Shown here in pieces: positions 1-8,650 of a stretch of DNA of 64,000 nucleotides (within the stretch, counting starts at the first letter, position 1; every line of letters starts with the position of its first letter). Below the pieces are notes generated by a model that was given only the letters and a program-made list of their open reading frames with translations, did not search any database and had not been told where the DNA came from. The translations under genes and the position numbers were made by a program. The DNA lies in assembly GCA_937894085.1 (NCBI GenBank), contig CALCSG010000217.1:2199-66198 (forward strand). Direction: 5' to 3'. The DNA comes from an uncultured Gammaproteobacteria bacterium (GTDB lineage: Bacteria > Pseudomonadota > Gammaproteobacteria > GCA-001735895).

Positions 1-571
1 CATTATCTTCTAACATTGAAATAAATTTCGTAAAATCCAAGTAACGCCAGATCTTTTGATCGCTGTTCTCTGGCGGTAATAATGCTGGATGACAAGCTTT
101 TATAAAAGCAGCTAAACCCTCCTTTCGAGCTTTTAAAGCTAATTGAAAAGCCTCTTCTTCACCATATTTATTAACAGAAAAAGCTTGGCCTTTATGCTTA
201 CCATTTCCAATAGGCCAATGTGCCTGCCATACTAAACTTTTATATCTTTTGCCTTTTTTTGTGGATGACGAGTAGCTTCTATTTACGCCAGTTGCTCCTG
301 ATACGTTTCTACGATTTGCTTTTCTTTTCCCTGAAAGTGTAAGTTCAGTGTTTGGGTTTTCGTAGTACTGGCTTTTTACTGCATCTCTGAATAATTTTGC
401 AGCCTCAAGAGAGCCATCTTTACCATCATATTTATTATCATTAAAGAAATGATGGAACTTATTTCCGTCTCGCTGAAACCTTACCCACCAACCATGCAGA
501 CCTACTTTGTGAGGCACTTTAGGTTCTTGGTCTATACGAGAAATATTTGAAAGTTCTGGACTTCTTTGCAT
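1..571 (-). CDS. AP2-domain DNA-binding protein, 5' part only (gene runs off window start); start ATG at 571-569
   Basis: Reverse-strand translation from the ATG at 569-571 gives MQRSPELSNISRIDQEPKVPHKVGLHGWWVRFQRDGNKFHHFF...GKRYKSLVWQAHWPIGNGKHKGQAFSVNKYGEEEAFQLALKARKEGL, i.e. two AP2/ERF-like repeats (W..G.F.T.EEA.AYD pattern). The frame continues open to position 1. Not in the ORF track because it is truncated. Low-GC context. Confidence 0.5.
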   Translation of the reverse strand, partial: MQRSPELSNISRIDQEPKVPHKVGLHGWWVRFQRDGNKFHHFFNDNKYDGKDGSLEAAKLFRDAVKSQYYENPNTELTLSGKRKANRRNVSGATGVNRSYSSSTKKGKRYKSLVWQAHWPIGNGKHKGQAFSVNKYGEEEAFQLALKARKEGLAAFIKACHPALLPPENSDQKIWRYLDFTKFISMLEDN

Positions 572-697
572 AGGAAATAATTACCTAGGTATAACGCCCA
601 GCATCAGAGGGAAAGCGAAGTGGAGGGAGGAACGACTGGAACTTTGCTTTTTCCGGCTGCATGCAATTGTTAGCTTTTGTTAAATATAAATACACAA

Positions 698-1567
698 TTA
701 TTTGAAAACCTTATCACCAAACATTTCATAGTCATGCATAAAAGATTCAAATTGTTTCGAATTTGAGGCTTTTTCTGGGTTATCTCTAATGTACTTTTCA
801 ATTTTTTCAGTATTAATTTCTTTTCCCAACTCATTAACATGATTAGCTTTTTCGATTATGTAATCTATGAACCCATCTGGCCACTGGTATTTTCGGGGAC
901 TTATTTTACCTGATCTTAATGCTATTCTGCTTGACCTCATCTTGTTTATGTTACTGCTTTTAATAAAGCCCAAAATGATGAATGAAGGTAATTTTGTATA
1001 AGTGAAAATGTTACTAGAATTTCCTGCAATATCCATCGAAATTGTTCTTAAGAAATACCCATTAATGTTTGATGGTAACCCCTTTCCAGTTACAGACTCT
1101 ATTCTATCAACAGGGAACAAGTGCTGTTCATATTGGAATAAGTTATCGACCTTTCCTAGTATAAATTTTGATATATGGATTTCAGCATCATCAAGTAGTT
1201 GAATGTACTCTGGTGGTTTACCAGCAATATCATTTTTACTTCTAATATAAGTTAGCGTTCTCCATGAAATAGAAGCACAGAATTTAGATAACCAATCTCC
1301 ATAATTGGCATTACTTATACCGTTATTTACAAATGGATAAAATATTTTATTAGCAAATTTTGTTTCCCATTTGGAAAATATATCCTCGCAGTCACCGCAA
1401 AGCCAAAATTCTTTTGCTAAATCTTGGGCGCGTTTATGCACCTCGTTTGATTCTCGTAAAAAACCTGTAATAGAAGTTTTTTTTGACCATTTACCAATGA
1501 ACTTGGGAATAAAGTGGCTAACCTCTAGATCTTTCTTCTTTTTACAAAGTTTACATTTTCCCTGCAT
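698..1567 (-). CDS. Hypothetical Cys-rich protein with HNH-like N-terminus (CxxC...LEVSHFIP...LCGDC)
   Basis: 289-aa ORF. N-terminal CKLCKKKKDLEVSHFIPKF...WLCGDCEDIF resembles the HNH nuclease CxxC-(DH)-CxxC zinc-finger scaffold. AT-rich codon usage unlike the rest of the window. The C-terminal ~200 aa are unrecognised. Confidence 0.45.
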   Translation of the reverse strand: MQGKCKLCKKKKDLEVSHFIPKFIGKWSKKTSITGFLRESNEVHKRAQDLAKEFWLCGDCEDIFSKWETKFANKIFYPFVNNGISNANYGDWLSKFCASISWRTLTYIRSKNDIAGKPPEYIQLLDDAEIHISKFILGKVDNLFQYEQHLFPVDRIESVTGKGLPSNINGYFLRTISMDIAGNSSNIFTYTKLPSFIILGFIKSSNINKMRSSRIALRSGKISPRKYQWPDGFIDYIIEKANHVNELGKEINTEKIEKYIRDNPEKASNSKQFESFMHDYEMFGDKVFK

Positions 1568-2096
1568 TGGTGACTTCCGTATTTAAGCTAACAGTTTATT
1601 GGAAGGAATCCTTTCTATCAGGTTCTAGAAGGCTTCCTTCTATTTCTATAATCCCTGTTTTCATTACAGGATACTAATTGCGCGCCTGGCCATATCAATC
1701 AAATAACCGGGGGCCGTTACACAAAAAATTTGACACCAGTAACGACCGCTCTCATCACTTTCCTACCTAATGCAACGCATGTAAACAATGACCGAAATTA
1801 TGGATACTCATTACTGCCGAATTGCTTTAACTGACTGGCAAAACATCTTAACTAAGTCATTGGTTCGGTTGACGATGGTATCTATGTTGCGTAGCCAGCA
1901 TTACTTTTAAAATGGATTGCATCCCTTGTTTCCGTAAACGGTGCGTCCGTGCACCACTACTCCAGCTAATAACATGCCGGTATGACGGTTTCGTGTTATT
2001 TACTGAATCATCTTGCTAATCACCCTGATTTATCAACGATATCCTGGGCAACCAATCTATCAATAACTAATCGCCATAACATCTGAAACAGATCCG

Positions 2097-2342
2097 CTAA
2101 TGATCACACTTATCCATTTTCTCTTTTGATTTGGGTAACACCGATATGAGGAAGGTCGAGATCAGGATTATCGGTGACAGTAAGAGCAGGATAAAACCGA
2201 AAAACATGATGATATGCTGCAAATTCCAGATGTGGGGCACCACATGCATGGCGACCAGTATCAGCATAATACCGGCTGTAAAGAAGATAAGCGAAGCTGC
2301 CACTCCTTCGCGCATTGTTTGACAACCTAAGGTTAATAACAT
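2097..2342 (-). CDS. Small two-TM membrane protein, last gene of the cytochrome operon
   Basis: 81-aa ORF, strongly hydrophobic (two predicted helices), 30 bp downstream of the NapC/NirT-family gene on the same strand. Confidence 0.4.
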   Translation of the reverse strand: MLLTLGCQTMREGVAASLIFFTAGIMLILVAMHVVPHIWNLQHIIMFFGFILLLLSPIILISTFLISVLPKSKEKMDKCDH

Positions 2343-2372
2343 GCTTTTATCCTCAATCTATTTTTCTGATTT

Positions 2373-3020
2373 TTATTCATTTTCAGCCATTAGCTTTTTC
2401 GCTGTGCCTTTTTCCAGCCCGAACTCGAGCTCGATCATTTCATTCCAGGCAGCTCTTTTGAATGTTTTTTCATGCGGAACCTTGCGGTGTACCAGGTTGT
2501 AATGACATTCGATACAGCTTTTATCTTTAGCGTCTTCCAGGTGAATTTTACGGGTATCCGGACGATCACCGTAAATCGCCTCTTTAACATGACAGCGTTT
2601 ACAGGTTGCCGAGTCTCGATCTTTAAACCATTTCCTGGCTTCAAATGCTGCTTCTGGTAAATGCAGTGCATTCATCACGGGGTCATCATAGTTAGGGCCA
2701 AAAACAGCCCCTTTCACCTGCTTGATAACATCTTTACCTCCAATGAAATGATCCCAGGTTGCCGATATCACTCCTTCAGATACGTGACAGTCTCCACAAC
2801 TCGCCTGTACACCCGAACTGGGTTTGTAATGCTTCGACTCACGGTATGGCTCGGCAACAATTCCCATGGAATGGCAGGTCGTACAAAATTCTTCACTGCT
2901 GGTGTAATGATCAAACTCAATCAGGAAAAGAATGAACACAATACCTGCTATACCTCCAACTAACAGGGCAAACAGAACATGGCGGGTTATAAATGCGGGT
3001 AAAGGTAATTTAATCTTCAT
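2373..3020 (-). CDS. NapC/NirT/NrfH-family membrane-anchored tetraheme cytochrome c (quinol dehydrogenase)
   Basis: 215 aa with an N-terminal TM helix and four CxxCH motifs (CTTCH, CGDCH, CKRCH, CIECH) at NapC/NirT-like spacing. Overlaps the upstream octaheme gene by 11 bp. Confidence 0.85.
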   Translation of the reverse strand: MKIKLPLPAFITRHVLFALLVGGIAGIVFILFLIEFDHYTSSEEFCTTCHSMGIVAEPYRESKHYKPSSGVQASCGDCHVSEGVISATWDHFIGGKDVIKQVKGAVFGPNYDDPVMNALHLPEAAFEARKWFKDRDSATCKRCHVKEAIYGDRPDTRKIHLEDAKDKSCIECHYNLVHRKVPHEKTFKRAAWNEMIELEFGLEKGTAKKLMAENE

Positions 3021-4464
3021 TGCCTTTTCCCTGCCCGAAACCCAGTATAGGATTCGCTTTTTGCGGATGATTTAACCAGTCATGATGCTCTGAACCATTG
3101 ATATGCTTTTTGATCAGCGCATCACCTTTCTCTTTTCCAGCAACTTCACGTATCTGGGCTAGAAATTTTCCGTAAAAATCACTGCCCAGATCACTCATGC
3201 CTTTCCAGGTTGAACTGGGACTGCCCATCGCGGCACCATGCCTGGCCAGCGTTCCATGTGTATGCCACAGATTCCAGTAGGTGACTTCTAATGGTTCATC
3301 GAAAGGAAGAGGGGTCAACAGGCCTGCAGAATATAGATCCTGCATGATTGCCTGTGCAGGCTTGCCATATTTTTCATTATAAAGCTCGACCACATTATCA
3401 AATTGTGACATGGCATTTTCGCTAAACCCCTTACTGTGGCATTCCAGACAGGTTTTTGTCATCGCACCTCTGCGACGTTTAGGCGATGCAACAGCCTTAA
3501 CCTTGCCCATACTACCATCCATTTTTGAAATGCTTTCGCCACGTCCCGGTAAAGGCTCGGAGGTTGATAGTTCGCGTTTATCACCATCTTCAAAAATTAT
3601 TAAATATTGCTGTTCTGACACAGCTGAATTCAGGTTCCACGAGTCACGCATTCCAACATCGTGAGTGGATTTCATTTTTCCTGCAGCGCCCATATGACAG
3701 GTAACACAGGTAGGTGCAGCCGAATAATCCTGTCCTGCTACCCATTGATCACTGTCCATATTCATGTCTTTTTTATGTGCTTCATACATCATGCCATGCT
3801 TTGAAGTTTCATAAACTTCCTTATCGGGTGAATCGGGGCCGGAGTGACAATAAATACAGGCCTGTGGTTCACGCGCCTGTGCTTTGGAAAATGTATGCCG
3901 GCCATGACAGGCAGAACAGGAACCGACAGATCCATCAGGGTTAATTCGTCCAATACCTGAATTAGGCCAGGTGGATGGATCGAGTGAACCGTCACCACGT
4001 ACTTTAACTTCAGATCCATGGCACTTTGCACAACCCGCATCATTGATCGAAGGACTGCCAAAATGTTGAGAAAGTGCAGGCATACGGTTTTTAATAATTG
4101 ATAGAGCTTTGGTATGCACAGAACCTTTCTGTTGTTTTAATTCAGTTTCATGACAACGCCCGCAATCTTTGGGTGACACGATGGTAGCAATAATACTGCC
4201 TTCATGTTCGATAGCATCGATGTCTTCTTCATAAGCCTGATGACAATCCAGACAGTTAACATTAGCTGCCGCATGTGCACTGTTTTTCCATTGATGGGTT
4301 AATCCTGCCGAGGACCTGGCATGACAATCTACACAGGCTTTTCCTTCTTCACTACCCCAGGTACTGGAGTCCAGTGTTACTTTATCAGCCACAGCAGACG
4401 CCGAGAATAACAGGATAAATATGACTGTAAAAGCTGATAAAGGGGTCTGTGTAAAAGGCTTCAC
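3010..4464 (-). CDS. Octaheme c-type cytochrome, hydroxylamine-oxidoreductase (HAO) family-like, periplasmic
   Basis: 484 aa with a signal peptide and eight CxxCH motifs (CVDCH, CLDCH, CGRCH, CAKCH, CSACH, CIYCH, CVTCH, CLECH). No CxxCK. Coupled to a NapC/NirT (CycB-like) gene, as seen for HAO-family octahemes. Confidence 0.65.
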   Translation of the reverse strand: MKPFTQTPLSAFTVIFILLFSASAVADKVTLDSSTWGSEEGKACVDCHARSSAGLTHQWKNSAHAAANVNCLDCHQAYEEDIDAIEHEGSIIATIVSPKDCGRCHETELKQQKGSVHTKALSIIKNRMPALSQHFGSPSINDAGCAKCHGSEVKVRGDGSLDPSTWPNSGIGRINPDGSVGSCSACHGRHTFSKAQAREPQACIYCHSGPDSPDKEVYETSKHGMMYEAHKKDMNMDSDQWVAGQDYSAAPTCVTCHMGAAGKMKSTHDVGMRDSWNLNSAVSEQQYLIIFEDGDKRELSTSEPLPGRGESISKMDGSMGKVKAVASPKRRRGAMTKTCLECHSKGFSENAMSQFDNVVELYNEKYGKPAQAIMQDLYSAGLLTPLPFDEPLEVTYWNLWHTHGTLARHGAAMGSPSSTWKGMSDLGSDFYGKFLAQIREVAGKEKGDALIKKHINGSEHHDWLNHPQKANPILGFGQGKGNED

Positions 4465-4489
4465 TGCATTACTCCACTATTATTATTTT

Positions 4490-4525
4490 TAGTTATATTA
4501 AAACAGCCCCATTTAAGGGGCTAAA
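4490..4525 (-). terminator. Hairpin (agcccc-atttaa-ggggct), terminator/attenuator-like between cytochrome b and the HAO-like gene
   Basis: 6-bp GC stem at 4505-4510/4517-4522, followed on the minus strand by GTTTTAAT. Sits in the 92-bp gap between two minus-strand genes. Confidence 0.3.
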
Positions 4526-4556
4526 TTCAATTGCTGGTATTAATAAATATTTCTAA

Positions 4557-5156
4557 TTATTCTTTCTCAAAACCGAAAATCATTGCTTTGAGGTATCCAA
4601 GAAATTCATCACTGGTGGTCAAAGCCAGATACAGATGAACGATAAGAAATGCTAACAACATAAAAGCCATTGCGGTATGAATCAGCGCAATCACTAACAG
4701 GCTAACATCCCCAAGACCAATCATTGGCCAGTAAGGATAAAAAAAGTAGAGCAGACCACTTAGTACCGCAAATGGAAGCATAAAGATATGCAATGACAGG
4801 TATGCCATGCGCTGCATGGGATTTAGCTTTGAGCGTCTGGTTTTATGGTGAGGATGTTCACTACCACCAATAAATATATCCACCCCGTAATACTTCACCA
4901 TCGCTAACAATTTATTCATATTGGCAGGAATATATTGCTTCCACTCGCCGGTAACCATGTGCCAGAAAATACCCAGAAACCAGATGGCTATCAAAGACCA
5001 GGCAGCTACGATGTGAATATCAACCGCTTTTTCAAAGCCAAAAAAATCAAAAGTATCATGAATCTCAAAACCAGTTACCAGTAAGGTAATTACCAGTAAC
5101 CCCTGAGACCAGTGCCAGATCCGCTCGAAGCGGGTATACATCATGACTTCTTTCAT
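4557..5156 (-). CDS. Dihaem cytochrome b membrane subunit (Ni/Fe-hydrogenase-type cytochrome b / PhsC/CybB family)
   Basis: 199 aa with four TM helices. N-terminal RFERIWHWSQ motif and conserved His positions typical of PF01292-type cytochrome b. Start overlaps the upstream octaheme gene stop (ATGA). Confidence 0.8.
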   Translation of the reverse strand: MKEVMMYTRFERIWHWSQGLLVITLLVTGFEIHDTFDFFGFEKAVDIHIVAAWSLIAIWFLGIFWHMVTGEWKQYIPANMNKLLAMVKYYGVDIFIGGSEHPHHKTRRSKLNPMQRMAYLSLHIFMLPFAVLSGLLYFFYPYWPMIGLGDVSLLVIALIHTAMAFMLLAFLIVHLYLALTTSDEFLGYLKAMIFGFEKE

Positions 5157-6781
5157 TGTTTCTTCCTCCGTCTGGAAAATAACACTCGAACCAGACCATG
5201 CAGGCCGACCCCACCAAAAGTTCCTGCTACTGCCAGCCAGCCGATAGTGTCGAGGATGCTATTGTTATCGCGTCCCGGCATATAAAAATCTGTCAACTTA
5301 TCCAGTCTGCCGCCTTTGCTGTGGCAATCTGCACAACTTAAGGTCTGATCCTTGGGGGCAACCATATGCGCCAATGGCATGTGCATGGTGGTTTCAATGA
5401 AACCATATTCACCACTATAGTCTGCTCCCGCTTCTTTCATGGCCTCACTGATAGCACTGTCCCAGTCGTAAGATTTCCAGTAGGCAGCCTTATCCTTACC
5501 AAACAGATGGATCAGTGCCAGAGTGTTATTACCCTTGTCATAAGGTTGTTTACCGCGCATTACCTTAAAAGGCCAGATACGTGCATTCGGGTCGTCATAG
5601 GATCCGGAAAAATTATTTAACTCGACCACTTCTTGCGGATTGATTTTTTCATCCAGTTGCTTGAAATGAACATTACCGGATAACCAGGCATATTCCGGCT
5701 CAACATTTTCAGCCCATTTAAAATTTCCTTTTTTAGTGACATAGGTGACATAACCATGCTCATCTTTCATGGTGATTTCTTTTCCATCCGCATCTTTTTT
5801 ACCTGCAGTTGTCCAGTCCCACCATAATTTTGAAGGTACACCGCCTCGTGCATAAGCAGGTATGTGACAGGTCGTACAGGCTACTTTATCGGTATGATCA
5901 TTGATTTTATTATTCAAAGTCGATTTGTGTGGCGTCATCCCATGACATGACTCACAGGTAGCTCGACTATTATCATCACGTCCGGGCACATCGATACCGT
6001 GTGTATCTTTGGCAACCGGGTTATAACGACTACCTTTAACATCATGTCCATCAGTAGTATGACATTCACTACATCCAAAATTCAGGCCATCCACACCCAT
6101 GTGAACATCCAGCTCTTTTTTCGGATTGGTCATCGATGAGTCCAGATCACCGTGTTTGACTCCATCTCCGCCGCCGCCATAAAAGTGGCAGACACCGCAA
6201 TTCTCTCGACGTGTTTTACCTACCTTTTGCGCGACATCGCTTAAATCAGCCACTTTCCAGACTTTCTTACTGCCTTTCGGAAAAATCTTCTCCTTGTAGT
6301 TTGGATGACCGGCATCGGTTGGAAATTTCTTGTAGGTATCGGTAGTGTCGTGACAAACCAGACAGTCAACTTTATCTTCTGCAGTAAAATCGAAGCTGTC
6401 ATCTTTCCAGCCATAACCAATATGACAACTTGTGCAGCGTGGTTGATTACTGGTAATGGATAAACAGAAATTATTTATTACGCTTTTTTTACCGACTTCT
6501 TCACCAGTATCGGGATTGGTAAACGTCCAGTTCCAGTGCTTGGTTTTATGTAACTGTTTACTGGCCTCGGTATGACAACTGAGACAGGCTTTAGTGACTT
6601 CAGGACCTGTTTTAAAAGGTTTTTGAAGTTCTTCGAATTTACTGTGATCAGCGGTTGAAGTAGATTTTTTGGTAGTTGCACTTTCCTGCATAGCCAGACT
6701 TACACTGGCAAAACTGCTCAGATAAAGACACAGCGATATCAGAAAAGCAGATGTTTTATAACTGCTATTACGGGAAATCAT
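5153..6781 (-). CDS. Octaheme c-type cytochrome, OTR (octaheme tetrathionate reductase)-like, with C-terminal TM anchor
   Basis: 542 aa with a signal peptide and eight CxxCH motifs (CLSCH, CTSCH, CLVCH, CGVCH, CSECH, CESCH, CTTCH, CADCH). Hydrophobic C-terminal helix followed by RRRKKQ. Translationally coupled to the cytochrome b gene. Confidence 0.6.
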   Translation of the reverse strand: MISRNSSYKTSAFLISLCLYLSSFASVSLAMQESATTKKSTSTADHSKFEELQKPFKTGPEVTKACLSCHTEASKQLHKTKHWNWTFTNPDTGEEVGKKSVINNFCLSITSNQPRCTSCHIGYGWKDDSFDFTAEDKVDCLVCHDTTDTYKKFPTDAGHPNYKEKIFPKGSKKVWKVADLSDVAQKVGKTRRENCGVCHFYGGGGDGVKHGDLDSSMTNPKKELDVHMGVDGLNFGCSECHTTDGHDVKGSRYNPVAKDTHGIDVPGRDDNSRATCESCHGMTPHKSTLNNKINDHTDKVACTTCHIPAYARGGVPSKLWWDWTTAGKKDADGKEITMKDEHGYVTYVTKKGNFKWAENVEPEYAWLSGNVHFKQLDEKINPQEVVELNNFSGSYDDPNARIWPFKVMRGKQPYDKGNNTLALIHLFGKDKAAYWKSYDWDSAISEAMKEAGADYSGEYGFIETTMHMPLAHMVAPKDQTLSCADCHSKGGRLDKLTDFYMPGRDNNSILDTIGWLAVAGTFGGVGLHGLVRVLFSRRRKKQ

Positions 6782-6866
6782 GATACCCCCTCCCTAAAGT
6801 TTATTGCTTATAGTATCTCTGACCAAAGGCTGTAGACATTCATCTACAGCCTTTACCAGAACCCTC

Positions 6867-8156
6867 TTACAAGGAGTTTTCAGCCGAAGCAATCATCTTC
6901 GGAGCAGTTACATCTGTGGGGAGTTTAGTAAACTTTTTAACCAGACCAGGCCATAGCAGGTTGTAATATAACTCTGCACGAACCAGCTCTACACCTTTAG
7001 CAGGTATCGAGTATTCCAGGTCACGTTTTTCAAATGCTTTCAATCGAGTATCTGCACCCTGACCTTTTGCAGTTGGTGGACCTGTTGGCTTTCCATCACC
7101 ATCAACTAGAGTCAAAAACATAAATGCTTGTTTATCTTCTTTAGCGGGGTGGCCTTTAGCATTTTGCCAAACTACATTTCCGCTCTTATCATAAGCTGAA
7201 ATCTTTACATAGATATTTCTAAAGGGAGCGCCTGTAGGCATGGTATGTGGCTGTTTATTCTTAATCGTAACAGTCGACATTATGTTACCGCCATTCTTCT
7301 TACTGTCCATACTGAATAGTACTGAACGCTGTAACATACCCAAATCATGTCCACCGCCCATACTGTGATCGGCTACAGCATCATTAGTCGGCATGTGGCA
7401 TGACAGGCAATCAACCTGTGCATTACTGGCAATGTATTCATCACCCGTTGCACATAGAGGAACACCGTGAGAATTATTGCGCTTATCATGACAACCCATG
7501 CAAGCATCTGAACTTCTCAACTGCGTTGGGTTACTTTCCATAGGCATCGCCTGAATGGTCTTACCATCAATGGTTACCGCCTCGCCCAGATGTGGGTTCG
7601 GTTTTTGATCTGCTTCTCCACCACCAAAACCAAATGCATCACCGGCTGATGCCAGTTTCTGTAATTTAGTATTAGAATGGCGACCGGATCCCTGCAGCAC
7701 GTCAGAAACTTCATATGCCATCATACCGAGCTGCATTTTTCCATTTGCGGCGGTAGTACCTTTAAATTTTTTCAATGTATGACAGGCTACGCAGTTGACG
7801 CCTTCAGCATAGGCAGGTGTCGCGTCAAGTTTGGTCTTTTTATCTTTGGCGGCATTCGGGGCATGGCACTGTATACAAACTGGAAATTTGCCTGCTTTTG
7901 TTTTTACACCCTCCTGACCAGGATCACCAACAACGTTTCTATAAAATGTTCCATGAATGGGATCGTTGAACGCGGTACTGTTCGCATGCATCGAACCTTT
8001 CCATTGTTTATAGATTTCTTTATGGCAGGTTTTACAGGTTTCAGATGAGACCTGGTGAATTGATTTGTCAGCAAACACATTTGTAGCTGAGACTAAACTT
8101 AAACCACAAAATACAATTGCTGAAAATAACATCGAAGTTTTTGTCTTGTTGCGCAT
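6867..8156 (-). CDS. Pentaheme c-type cytochrome with a ~150-aa haem-free C-terminal domain
   Basis: 429 aa with a signal peptide and five CxxCH motifs (CKTCH, CIQCH, CVACH, CMGCH, CLSCH). First gene of the minus-strand cytochrome cluster, with a 494-bp AT-rich upstream region. Confidence 0.7.
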   Translation of the reverse strand: MRNKTKTSMLFSAIVFCGLSLVSATNVFADKSIHQVSSETCKTCHKEIYKQWKGSMHANSTAFNDPIHGTFYRNVVGDPGQEGVKTKAGKFPVCIQCHAPNAAKDKKTKLDATPAYAEGVNCVACHTLKKFKGTTAANGKMQLGMMAYEVSDVLQGSGRHSNTKLQKLASAGDAFGFGGGEADQKPNPHLGEAVTIDGKTIQAMPMESNPTQLRSSDACMGCHDKRNNSHGVPLCATGDEYIASNAQVDCLSCHMPTNDAVADHSMGGGHDLGMLQRSVLFSMDSKKNGGNIMSTVTIKNKQPHTMPTGAPFRNIYVKISAYDKSGNVVWQNAKGHPAKEDKQAFMFLTLVDGDGKPTGPPTAKGQGADTRLKAFEKRDLEYSIPAKGVELVRAELYYNLLWPGLVKKFTKLPTDVTAPKMIASAENSL

Positions 8157-8650
8157 TCCTGTCCTTCCTTATATGTTTTTATAAATTATAAAAAGAGCAA
8201 CATTCAACATAAAAATTTTAGCTTTATGGCTGCTTGAAAGATTAGTTTTGACTGGAGACTTTCACTAATTCAATTCTAAACTTCGCACTTCATCGACTTT
8301 CGTTTGCTAAAGACGAAAAATACGCGACTTATACTGCTCTCAAAGTATTTAAATATTTGGGGGTTTTTATTAAAAATCGAAAACAAAACCTAATTTTCTA
8401 ACTTTCATATTCATCCCTTCTTTATATTTTTTTTAAGGTAGCTAAAATATTAGCTTAAACACGACAACATAAGTTAATAACTCTTACAATTACACCGAAA
8501 ACAGGGGCTATACTGCAAAATAAGTGGCATTTAATTAATGTAAATTAATTTTTTAGCGGATACATACAGGCATCTTTTCTGCTTATCAACTAGCGGGAAG
8601 ATCTACTTAAAGAATAAAATATTCCTTATATAAAGACCGTTTAATCGATC

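Noticed and set aside
1568-2096. Looked for a tRNA or attachment site next to the low-GC insert
   Set aside because: No cloverleaf-compatible sequence was recognised (no GTTC-type T-loop with an acceptor-stem pairing). Only a short hairpin (ggtgc-gtccgt-gcacc, ~1929-1944) was seen, so I do not call an RNA gene here.
2110-2660. Multiple overlapping small ORFs from the six-frame track (2110-2325, 2131-2322, 2435-2671, 2472-2660 and similar antisense ORFs throughout, for example 15773-16249, 17548-17763, 45205-45564, 50682-51050)
   Set aside because: They lie antisense to or out of frame with strongly supported genes and have no recognisable motifs, so they are treated as spurious.
8157-8650. 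Searched the 494-bp AT-rich region upstream of the cytochrome operon for an FNR/CRP-type box (TTGAT-N4-ATCAA) or NarL heptamers
   Set aside because: Only half-site-like matches (for example TTATCAA at ~8585) and a small inverted repeat (TTTCGT-N9-ACGAAA, ~8300-8320) were seen. Nothing meets a full consensus by eye, so no regulatory site is called.
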